The translations under genes were made by a program, and so were the position numbers. A stretch of DNA of 64,000 nt from Nitrospina sp. (GTDB lineage: Bacteria > Nitrospinota > Nitrospinia > Nitrospinales > VA-1): assembly GCA_018653085.1 (NCBI GenBank), contig JABIAY010000049.1:118335-182334 (forward strand). The letters are read 5' to 3'. Under the pieces are notes generated by a model. The model did no database searches and was not told where the DNA came from. It was given only the letters and a program-made list of their open reading frames with translations. Shown in pieces: positions 46,589 through 54,790 of the stretch; position 1 is the first letter of the stretch; every line of letters begins with the position of its first letter.

Positions 46589-48541
46589 TTAAATAGGAAG
46601 CACTATGGTAAAAGTGGTGCCTTCGTTGTTTTTGCTATTTATCAAAATGTCGCCGCCATGATCCTTGATGATTCCATAGCTGACAGAAAGCCCTAGTCCC
46701 GTTCCCGTTACAGCAGATTTTGTTGTGAAAAACGGATCGAATATGGATGCCGCAACGTCCTCGGAGATTCCACCCCCCGAATCCTGAACGTGTATTTTTA
46801 CATGGTCACCTTCTTTTTCAGTGGTGATGGTGATTTTTCTGTCTTGAGTTTCTTCCGAAATGGCCTCTTCCGCATTTTGAACGATATTTAAGAGAACTTG
46901 CTGGATTTGGTCGCTGACACAATTTACCTCAGGTAAACCATCGGCAAGATATTTTTTAAGATGGATATGCCTTTGCTGAATCCTTTTATGGAGTAAGGTC
47001 AATACGCTGTCGATGACTTGATGGATATCCGCGGGTTTTTTAACAGTAAGCGAAGGTCTATAAAATCCCTGGAGTTTTCTTACCAGATCAGCCATTCGCT
47101 CACATTGTTTGATTGACAAGCCCAGGAATTTAGCGTGATTGTCCTCAAGCGTAGCCTCTTCCTTAACTTGCTCTAAAAGAGTCTTCATACCAAATATTGG
47201 GTTGTTGAATTCATGGGCGATCGAACCGGTGAGCTTGCCCAGTGATGAAAGCTTATCGGTGTGTAAGAGTCTCTCGTGAGAAGCCTTTAACGCCACTTGT
47301 TGTTGAACAAGGTTTCTGATCACAGATATTAATATTATGATCGAGATAATGAGGGTTATCAACAGATACATAGAGAGCACCAGTAGTGACTCTTTTTTCT
47401 CATTCACCGCTTTGAGGCGAAAACTCTCTGCCATTTCTTTGGCAAAGAGGATCATCTTTTGCATGGATTCGTTAAGCGAAGCCACATGTTTTGCACCTTT
47501 TCCCTTTGTGATTTCTGCCGCTTCCGACCTCCTGCCGTCTTTTATGAGGGAAATAACCTCCTCACGAATTTCCTCCCAGCCCAGAAAATCCAGATACGTT
47601 TGTTGGATATCTTCTTTATCCCCAAGGTATCGTTGGAAAATCATTTCAAACTCTTCAAGAACCACTTTTGAATGGGCCTCCACTTTATCAAGGGCAAAAT
47701 TCAGTTGCGCCTCGTCCTCCGACAAGACGACATCCTTCATGTACCGATGAATCGATATCAGGCTGGCATCGATATGTCTGGCGGCATTACTAACAACAAA
47801 GGGGTGTCGGTAAAATTTTTCAGAAATGCTTGCCTGACGATCTATATACGCAATTGAGATTAAGCCCATTACCAGCAATAGCAACATAATCCCGACAAAG
47901 CCGAATATCGTGTATGCATGCTTGATTTTTTGATGCAACGTAACCAGAACCGCACCAAATCCGAGAATGATGAATCCGCTTGCCGTATGAAAAGCCATTC
48001 GAGTCAGGTTCCCCCAGCCATAGGCATTTTCCAGCCCCATCAGGTATCCACTCAGAGCAACAATGCCTAAAGCAAAAACAAGCAAACCCAAAGCGCCTCT
48101 TACCAGCATAGTTCCTTCTTTACTTTTGATTGATGACAACAGAAAAAATAACCCCATTAGGGTAAAGCATAGAGCAGTGTTCGGTGCCATTCGCCCAGGA
48201 TGGGATGTTTTAGTTGTTATAGAATGTTCCTTGAACATTTCGTCAATGCTCAGGTTCACGTTAAAAACATATTCTGCCAGCGTGAGGCCACCCAAAAGGA
48301 TCAGGAAAAAAGCAAGAGGTTTGGAAATTGAATAGCGGGATTTGTGAATAAAAATTCCTGCCAGGCCACAGGCAAGAAATCCCAGCGCAGTGTTGTATTG
48401 CATGGGAGCCCAGTCCGCATGAATTTGGATCAGCCTGGGTTGGTTGGTGTGCCATCCAAACAGGACCACCCCTGCTATCAGAATGGGTATGACATTAGGC
48501 AGATATGTTTTGAGGCTCAACGATGAGTCTGAATTGTCCAC
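46589..48541 (-). CDS. sensor histidine kinase with polytopic N-terminal membrane domain
   Basis: 650 aa with a GTG start and about 7 N-terminal TM helices. H-box AHEFNNPIFGM. ATPase boxes QNAEEA, DSGGGI and GTGLGLSV. Confidence 0.85.
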   Translation of the reverse strand: MDNSDSSLSLKTYLPNVIPILIAGVVLFGWHTNQPRLIQIHADWAPMQYNTALGFLACGLAGIFIHKSRYSISKPLAFFLILLGGLTLAEYVFNVNLSIDEMFKEHSITTKTSHPGRMAPNTALCFTLMGLFFLLSSIKSKEGTMLVRGALGLLVFALGIVALSGYLMGLENAYGWGNLTRMAFHTASGFIILGFGAVLVTLHQKIKHAYTIFGFVGIMLLLLVMGLISIAYIDRQASISEKFYRHPFVVSNAARHIDASLISIHRYMKDVVLSEDEAQLNFALDKVEAHSKVVLEEFEMIFQRYLGDKEDIQQTYLDFLGWEEIREEVISLIKDGRRSEAAEITKGKGAKHVASLNESMQKMILFAKEMAESFRLKAVNEKKESLLVLSMYLLITLIISIIILISVIRNLVQQQVALKASHERLLHTDKLSSLGKLTGSIAHEFNNPIFGMKTLLEQVKEEATLEDNHAKFLGLSIKQCERMADLVRKLQGFYRPSLTVKKPADIHQVIDSVLTLLHKRIQQRHIHLKKYLADGLPEVNCVSDQIQQVLLNIVQNAEEAISEETQDRKITITTEKEGDHVKIHVQDSGGGISEDVAASIFDPFFTTKSAVTGTGLGLSVSYGIIKDHGGDILINSKNNEGTTFTIVLPI

Positions 48542-48723
48542 TTTATGGCCGATTTGGGTTGCCCTGAATCAGTGCAAATTAGACAGGGGAAATACCTCAG
48601 AACATGCATTTAGCCTGAGACTTCCCATTTTAATGTCTTGATCTATCCATTATAGCCGGGATGGCTTTTTTTTGAATGGAAATATGGGTTTAAAAAAGAA
48701 AGATTTCGGCATATCGATTGTTC

Positions 48724-49689
48724 TTAATTCCCGGTTTGGGGTGACAGCCCGATTAACTTTCCTTTGAAGACTTTCTGTTTCAATTCACCGGGTAGGGACG
48801 ACTGGATGGAATCTTTCAGTGCCTTAAGGATGTTTTCCTTGAGATGGGCGCGACTGTGAATCAGGCTGACTTCGCGGATGGGAACAGGCGGCTTGAAAAA
48901 TCGCAATTTCTTTTTTTTATCCTTCATTCCTCCCAGTGCAAGATAGGGGATGAGCGTGTAGCCGAATTTGCTGTCTACCAGACGCATTAAGGTTTCCAGA
49001 TTGCCACTTTCAAAAACCAGGTTTTTTCTGGACTGTTCTTTGGGAACCTGCTTTTTGCAAATCTCAATAGCCTGATCGCGAAAGCAGTGTCCTTCATTCA
49101 ATAACCAGATGTCCTCCCTGCTGAGTTCCTTTTCCGCAATCATGTCTTTTTTCAATAGAGGATGTTTGGGGCTCAGGTAAATCACAAAGGGTTCATAAAA
49201 AAGAGGCTGTTCCAGAATTCCTTTATGCTTCAAGGGGGTTGCCAGAATCCCTCCATCAAGGGAATCGAGTTTCAGTCGCCGTATGATTTGCTCTGTTTGC
49301 AGTTCTTCGATCACCAGTTCAACCTTGGGGTGGTTCTGGATAAAAGTTTCCAGAAACAGCGGCAACAGGTAGGGTGCCAGAGTAGGGATCACCCCCAGTT
49401 TAAATTCTCCGCGAACTTCTCCTTTATTCCCTTGCGCCAGAGGTGCAATTTTCGATACCTCCAGCAAGGCTTTTTCTGCCTGCTCAATTATTCTCAATCC
49501 GATTTCAGTAGGTTCGACCGGGTTTTTGGATCGGTCGAATAAAATGACCTCCAGGTCCTCCTCCAGCTTCTGGATCTGCATGCTCAGGGTTGGCTGGGTG
49601 ACATGGCATTCCCGGGCCGCCCGACCGAAATGGCGGTTCCGGTCCAGGGAAATCAGGTAGGAGAGTTGAATATGTGTGATAGATATCAT
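48724..49689 (-). CDS. oxyR: LysR-family regulator, OxyR-like
   Basis: 321 aa with an HTH (FGRAARECHVTQPTLSMQIQKLE). EGHCFRDQAIEIC has two Cys spaced like OxyR C199/C208. Divergent from a peroxidase gene. Confidence 0.8.
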   Translation of the reverse strand: MISITHIQLSYLISLDRNRHFGRAARECHVTQPTLSMQIQKLEEDLEVILFDRSKNPVEPTEIGLRIIEQAEKALLEVSKIAPLAQGNKGEVRGEFKLGVIPTLAPYLLPLFLETFIQNHPKVELVIEELQTEQIIRRLKLDSLDGGILATPLKHKGILEQPLFYEPFVIYLSPKHPLLKKDMIAEKELSREDIWLLNEGHCFRDQAIEICKKQVPKEQSRKNLVFESGNLETLMRLVDSKFGYTLIPYLALGGMKDKKKKLRFFKPPVPIREVSLIHSRAHLKENILKALKDSIQSSLPGELKQKVFKGKLIGLSPQTGN

Positions 49690-49694
49690 CTATC
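49678..49694. promoter_or_regulatory. LysR-type box (ATAG-N7-CTAT) overlapping the oxyR start codon
   Basis: gATAGatatcatCTATc is a perfect dyad matching the OxyR half-site / T-N11-A rule. The second half-site is poorly conserved. Confidence 0.45.
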
Positions 49695-49831
49695 ATGATT
49701 ATAAATTTAATTGATTAGACTTATCAAGCGGAATCGGGAAGAATGAGGAAGTAGAATGAGTTTGCGAAAAATCAATAATACTGACGCGAGGGCGTTGGAT
49801 GGACAATGATTTCCATGTGGAGGATAAAGTT

Positions 49832-50890
49832 ATGAAAAAACAAAGTATGAGAATGTGGGGGGTGTCGGGAGTGCTTGCCGGTCTTTTTCTCCTGAGCGGA
49901 GAGGCGCTACTGACTTCCGCTAACGCAGATGAAGCCTACGAGGTGAAGATTCCTCTGGGTTTGGATGAAGAGGGTTTTAAGGTTCCGAAAGATAACCCCT
50001 TGACCAAAGGCAAAGTTGAACTGGGCCGACTGCTTTTTTTCGACAAGCGGTTGTCTGCAAATAACACCATTGCCTGTGCGAGTTGTCATATTCCGGCGCT
50101 GGCTTTCACCGATGGTCAGCCGGTTTCAACGGGCATTCACCACCTGCAAGGCGGCAGAAGTGCCCCAACGGCTATCAATAGGGGTTTTAGTGCGGCGCAG
50201 TTCTGGGATGGGCGCGCGTCCACATTGGAAGACCAGTCTATCGGACCGTTTGCCAGTCCTGTTGAACATGGGTTTGCCAACCATGATGAACTGGTTGCCA
50301 AGATCAGTACATTTGCTGGTTACAAAAAGCTGTTCGCTAAAGTATTTGGTGCGGGAAATATAACCAAGGAGCAGGTCGGTAAAGCCATCGCCTCTTTTCA
50401 GCGAACACTGATTTCCGGCAACAGCCCCTTTGACCGCTTCGACTATGATGGCGATGAGAAGGCTATTTCTGAATCAGCGAAACGTGGCAAAAAACTGTTT
50501 TTCGATAAGGCCCGTTGCAACCTTTGTCATTTTGGCACCAATTTTTCCGATGAAAAATTTCACAATATCGGAATCGGTTGGGGTGGGGAAGCGGTGGACC
50601 CAGGGCGTTATAACGTGACCAAAGATGTTAAAGAATTAGGCGCGTTCAAAACTCCTACACTTCGCGAAATTTCCAGGACGGCTCCTTATATGCATGACGG
50701 AAGGTTCGCAACGCTGGAACAGGTGATTGAACATTACAATAAGGGAGGTGTGAAGAATCCCTTTCTGGATAATCAGGTCATTGAGCTTAACCTGACAAAG
50801 TCAGAAGTGGCAGACCTTGTTGCAATGCTTCGTTCTTTAGAGGGTGAAGGCTGGCAACATGTGAAGGCTCCTACCGAGTTTCCGCAATAA
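49832..50890 (+). CDS. di-haem cytochrome c peroxidase (CcpA/MauG family)
   Basis: ATG at 49832 gives a signal peptide. Two haem motifs (CASCH, CNLCH) and MHDGRFATLEQVIEHY. Confidence 0.9.
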   Translation: MKKQSMRMWGVSGVLAGLFLLSGEALLTSANADEAYEVKIPLGLDEEGFKVPKDNPLTKGKVELGRLLFFDKRLSANNTIACASCHIPALAFTDGQPVSTGIHHLQGGRSAPTAINRGFSAAQFWDGRASTLEDQSIGPFASPVEHGFANHDELVAKISTFAGYKKLFAKVFGAGNITKEQVGKAIASFQRTLISGNSPFDRFDYDGDEKAISESAKRGKKLFFDKARCNLCHFGTNFSDEKFHNIGIGWGGEAVDPGRYNVTKDVKELGAFKTPTLREISRTAPYMHDGRFATLEQVIEHYNKGGVKNPFLDNQVIELNLTKSEVADLVAMLRSLEGEGWQHVKAPTEFPQ

Positions 50891-50903
50891 AAGGATAAAT
50901 TAA

Positions 50904-50940
50904 AAGGCCTGGGGGTTGCCCCTCGGGCCTTTTTTATTTT
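50904..50940 (+). terminator. rho-independent terminator after the peroxidase gene
   Basis: aggcctggggg-ttgc-cccctcgggcct, an 11-bp stem including two G-U pairs, followed by TTTTTTATTTT. Confidence 0.8.
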
Positions 50941-51340
50941 GCTTCCCACTTTCCTCAGTGAAGTTTAATGCTCTAATGCATTTGTCTGTATATTTTTACG
51001 AAAACACCTTTTTAGTATAAAAATATACGTACTCTTTTTTCTAGAAATTTTATTTTAATCACCAGTTTCCCCCTTATTTTTCGCTTTTAATCTTTGGGTA
51101 ATGAACTTGGTCTTTTAAATTAAAGAGTTACCTGCCCATCCCTCCTCCTATGTTTTAAGTGCTTACCTCTTGACATTATTTGGTATCTATCTTGCTTTAT
51201 AAAAGAATGCTGACCTTGTTAAAGCTTTCCGGTCAGTAAGGATTTATCGATAACTTTAGTTTACTTATCAGGATAAATGAACTGAGCAAGACTCCAGATT
51301 AGATATAGAAGGTGGAAATCCTGTTCATAAAAACTTTTGT

Positions 51341-53140
51341 ATGGAAAATCTCTATTCAAATAAAAATACTGAGCCGAGAAGAATTTTAGTTCTGACTGCG
51401 GTCATGGCGGGGATTACCTTTTCTGTTCTCTCAATAGCGCTCTGTATACAGTATCGATCAATGTTCGAACAAGAAAAGAACAGGTTGATCGAAATTGTAA
51501 GAAGTCAAAAAGTGCTGATAGAAAGTATAGCCAGGTTCGATGTCAGGTCCAGTGAGAAAGGCATAGAAGGGAGAGGGTTTGCCGCCACAATAAGTCAAAT
51601 AGTTGAAGCGCATGAGAGCTTAAAAGGCTTTGGCGAAACAGGTGAGTTTACCTTGGGTAGAAGAGAGGGAGATTCCATCGTTTTTATGCTGACGCACAGA
51701 CACGGAACTGGGGAAAACTCAAAATGGATTCCTATGAAATCGGACTTGGCGGAGCCCATGCGCAGGGCCTTGTCGGGTCAGAGCGGCTGGATTTTGGGTC
51801 TCGATTACCGGGGTGAGACCGTATTTGCGGCGTACGAACCGATCGAAGTTTTAAACCTGGGACTCGTAGCAAAAATAGATTTGTCCGAGCTTCGCGCTCC
51901 TTTTATTCAGTCGGCCGTCTATGCGGGATGCATAGCCCTGATAATGATTACCTTGGGCTCCATTTACTTTGTAAGGTCGGGCTCGGTGCTACTGAGGAAA
52001 CTGGGAAAAAGCGAAGCGGATCTCGCTCGCGCTCAGAAAATAGCACACTTTGGGAGTTGGTCATTGGATCTTAAAGAAAATAAACTTAATTGGTCTGACG
52101 AGGTGTACCGCATTTTCGGTTTGCAACCGCAAGAGCTTGACGCGACTTATGATATGTTTCTTGGATTGGTGCATCCTGAAGACCGCGAATCTGTAAAACA
52201 GTCGGTTGACGAGGCCATACATTTATCCAAGCCGTACGACATAGATCATCGCATAGTTTTGCCCGATGGTATCATCCGCGTGGTGAATGAGCGGTCTGAT
52301 CTGGTTTTCAGTGAGACGGGGGAGCCCGTAAGTATGATGGGAACGGTCCTGGACATTACCGAGCGTAAGCAAGCGGAAGAGGAATTGGAAAAACACCGAA
52401 ATCATCTCGAAGAAGTGGTGGCGCAGCGGACTCATGACCTCGAAGCGACTCAGCACCGGCTTGTGCATTCCGAGAAACTGGGAGCCATCGGCAAGCTATC
52501 CGCTTCGATAGCACATGAGTTCAACAACCCAATTTTTAGTATCAAGTCCGCCCTGGAAGAAATTAGTGAAGATGTGGAGATGGATAAAGGGTCAGCAGGC
52601 CTCCTGGACATTGCGGTCAAGGAGTGTGACCGAATCGCCAGATTAACGCGCAGTTTGCAGGATTTCAACCGACCCTCTTTAGATATTTTCGAGGCCATTG
52701 ACATCCATAAGGCGATTGATGAAATACTTTTGTTGAGCAGGAAAAATATCAAGGCAAAAAATATAGAACTTTGCCTGAATTATGACAAACATCTGCCAGA
52801 AGTCGAGGTGGTCCCCGATCAGTTCAAACAGGTGGTTTTGAATATGCTTCAAAACGCCGAAGAGGCGATTGATCAGGGAGGGTCGCTTACTATCACCACT
52901 GAACAGGTGAATTCCAGTGCCAATATTTCTATTAGTGATACCGGTTGTGGAATTCCACCTGATATTATGAAGAATATTTTCGAACCTTTTTTTACCACCA
53001 AGTCAGCGGTGAAGGGTACCGGGCTTGGGCTTTCTGTTTGTCACGGAATTGTTGAGTTACACGGCGGGGAGATAAAGATAGATAGTCGAACCAATCAAGG
53101 TACTACTGTGACCCTGGTTTTTCCTTTGAGGCGTAACTAA
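51341..53140 (+). CDS. sensor histidine kinase (TM-sensor-PAS-HisKA-HATPase)
   Basis: 599 aa with a PAS block (FGSWSLDL...WSDEVYRIFG), the H-box AHEFNNPIFSI, and ATPase boxes QNAEEA, DTGCGI and GTGLGLSV. Paralogous to 46589..48541. Confidence 0.85.
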   Translation: MENLYSNKNTEPRRILVLTAVMAGITFSVLSIALCIQYRSMFEQEKNRLIEIVRSQKVLIESIARFDVRSSEKGIEGRGFAATISQIVEAHESLKGFGETGEFTLGRREGDSIVFMLTHRHGTGENSKWIPMKSDLAEPMRRALSGQSGWILGLDYRGETVFAAYEPIEVLNLGLVAKIDLSELRAPFIQSAVYAGCIALIMITLGSIYFVRSGSVLLRKLGKSEADLARAQKIAHFGSWSLDLKENKLNWSDEVYRIFGLQPQELDATYDMFLGLVHPEDRESVKQSVDEAIHLSKPYDIDHRIVLPDGIIRVVNERSDLVFSETGEPVSMMGTVLDITERKQAEEELEKHRNHLEEVVAQRTHDLEATQHRLVHSEKLGAIGKLSASIAHEFNNPIFSIKSALEEISEDVEMDKGSAGLLDIAVKECDRIARLTRSLQDFNRPSLDIFEAIDIHKAIDEILLLSRKNIKAKNIELCLNYDKHLPEVEVVPDQFKQVVLNMLQNAEEAIDQGGSLTITTEQVNSSANISISDTGCGIPPDIMKNIFEPFFTTKSAVKGTGLGLSVCHGIVELHGGEIKIDSRTNQGTTVTLVFPLRRN

Positions 53141-54114
53141 TGAGTGATAAATCCATACTGTATATAGATGATGAGACGTCTCTTCTTCAAATCATGAGTC
53201 ACGCCCTGGAAAAAAGGGGCTATGAAGTAGCAACAGCCAGCAGTGGTGAGAGTGGGTTGCAAATTTTCAACGAAATAAAACCGAATGTGGTGGTTACCGA
53301 TATCATGATGGAGGGTATCAGTGGCATTGAGGTGTTGAAACAGGTTAAGAAGGAAAGACCGGACACTGTAGTTATCGCTCTTACCGGATACGGGACCATG
53401 GACACATCCATAGAAGCTCTCAGGCTGGGAGCTTATGATTATCTGCTGAAACCCTGTGACCGGGACGAGTTAGCCATCAAAATATCCAAAGGCCTGAAGC
53501 AACAGGGCATGGAAAGGCAAATTAAGGACTTGAATGAACAATTGATCGCTGCCAACTCTGAATTAATAAAAAGGGAAGAAAAACTCAAATCCAAAACAGA
53601 AGAACTGGAGAAATTAGCCATTCTCGACGGATTGACAAATACTTATAACAGGCGATATCTCGATCAATATTTAGATCAAGAGGTGAAGCGGGCGATTAGG
53701 AATAAGCATGAACTCGCCTGTGTTTTGCTGGATATCGATTGTTTCAAACAATATAACGATAACTACGGTCATCAGGCTGGTGATGACGGTCTTAAACAGA
53801 TTGCCAAGGTGCTTTGCGAATCACTGCATCGTGCCAGCGATATCATTGCTCGCTACGGAGGAGAGGAGTTTGCGGTGATCCTGCCAGATACGTCATTAGA
53901 GGGAGCGCTCAAAATAGCAGAGGCGATAAAAGAAGCCGTTGTGTCGCTGAATATCGAACATGCACATTCTTCTGTTGCTGAATGTGTAACCGTCAGCCTG
54001 GGGGTTAGTGCTTTCAAGCCTGCAAACGGATTCCAGACTAGAACCCTAGTCGAAGCCGCTGATAAGGCTCTTTATAAAGCCAAAAATAATGGCCGCAATC
54101 AGGTTTCCTATTGA
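53140..54114 (+). CDS. response regulator-diguanylate cyclase (REC-GGDEF)
   Basis: 324 aa with REC, GGEEF and an RxxD (RASD). The start overlaps the kinase stop by 1 nt. Paralogous to 44973..45959. Confidence 0.9.
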   Translation: MSDKSILYIDDETSLLQIMSHALEKRGYEVATASSGESGLQIFNEIKPNVVVTDIMMEGISGIEVLKQVKKERPDTVVIALTGYGTMDTSIEALRLGAYDYLLKPCDRDELAIKISKGLKQQGMERQIKDLNEQLIAANSELIKREEKLKSKTEELEKLAILDGLTNTYNRRYLDQYLDQEVKRAIRNKHELACVLLDIDCFKQYNDNYGHQAGDDGLKQIAKVLCESLHRASDIIARYGGEEFAVILPDTSLEGALKIAEAIKEAVVSLNIEHAHSSVAECVTVSLGVSAFKPANGFQTRTLVEAADKALYKAKNNGRNQVSY

Positions 54115-54160
54115 GTTCTATCCAAAAATCTGCTCCCACGGAAAAACCCCTGGCTCAAAC

Positions 54161-54592
54161 TCAAGAGCGGGAAAACTTGAAAAGACTGTAGGCAAGAGTG
54201 AACCAGCCGATCATGAAGCACAGTCCACCTAAGGGTGTGACGGGACCAAAAAAACGTGGGCCATCGAAAGTAAGCATATAAAGACTTCCACTGAATAACA
54301 AAATGCCAGAACTGATCCAGCGGGCCGAGCGTTGCAGTTTTGCGTGGATACCGTCCTCAAGCACCAGCATCAGAATTCCAATAGCGATCAAACCCAGTGC
54401 GTGATAACCGAGGTAGTCCGTTGCAGTGTGAAACGTAGCGAGTTTTTTTTCGATCAACCGGGCTTTTAAAGAATGCGCACCAAACGCACCAAGCATGACG
54501 CTCAACCCCGCAAGACCCGCACCCAATGACACCCAGCCGAGACCGGACTTGTTACTGCTGATTGATATCTTGTCGTTTTCTTCCATAGTCAT
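54161..54592 (-). CDS. DUF423 (YgdD/TMEM256-like) membrane protein
   Basis: 143 aa with 4 TM helices and the GAFGAHSLK motif. Confidence 0.8.
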   Translation of the reverse strand: MTMEENDKISISSNKSGLGWVSLGAGLAGLSVMLGAFGAHSLKARLIEKKLATFHTATDYLGYHALGLIAIGILMLVLEDGIHAKLQRSARWISSGILLFSGSLYMLTFDGPRFFGPVTPLGGLCFMIGWFTLAYSLFKFSRS

Positions 54593-54608
54593 CTGTCACA
54601 AAAGCAAA

Positions 54609-54790
54609 TCCCCCCAACCCCCTTCGTAGAAGGGGGAGCTTCAATGGACCCCTCTTTTTCAAAGAGGGGCTGGGGTGATTTACAACCTCCTGTTAAGCCG
54701 AGCCCCCTGGCAGGGGAGGCAAATAGCTATTGCTCATTTCCTCAAGGCGTAGCCTTGTTGCCAGTAGCCAGCGGCGGCTCGCCGCTAACC
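54609..54790 (-). repeat. hairpin cluster plus short copy of the intergenic repeat family
   Basis: Perfect hairpins cccccttc-gta-gaaggggg (54618-54636), cccctcttt-ttc-aaagagggg (54649-54669) and agcggcg-gct-cgccgct (54770-54786). ggcaggggaggcaaatagctattgc is shared with the copy at 20060-20175. Confidence 0.6.

Noticed and set aside
48655-48690. agcc-gggat-ggct followed by TTTTTTTT on the plus strand, considered as a terminator or small-RNA 3' end between the kinase start and the oxyR end.
   Set aside because: The stem is only 4 bp and there is no plus-strand gene upstream. The U-run is on the wrong strand for oxyR, which is on the minus strand.
49695-49720. Full four-part OxyR site (ATAG-N7-CTAT-N7-ATAG-N7-CTAT) in the oxyR-ccp spacer.
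   Set aside because: Only the first dyad (49679-49693) is perfect. The expected second dyad reads ataa-N7-tgat. I therefore report only a generic LysR-type box.
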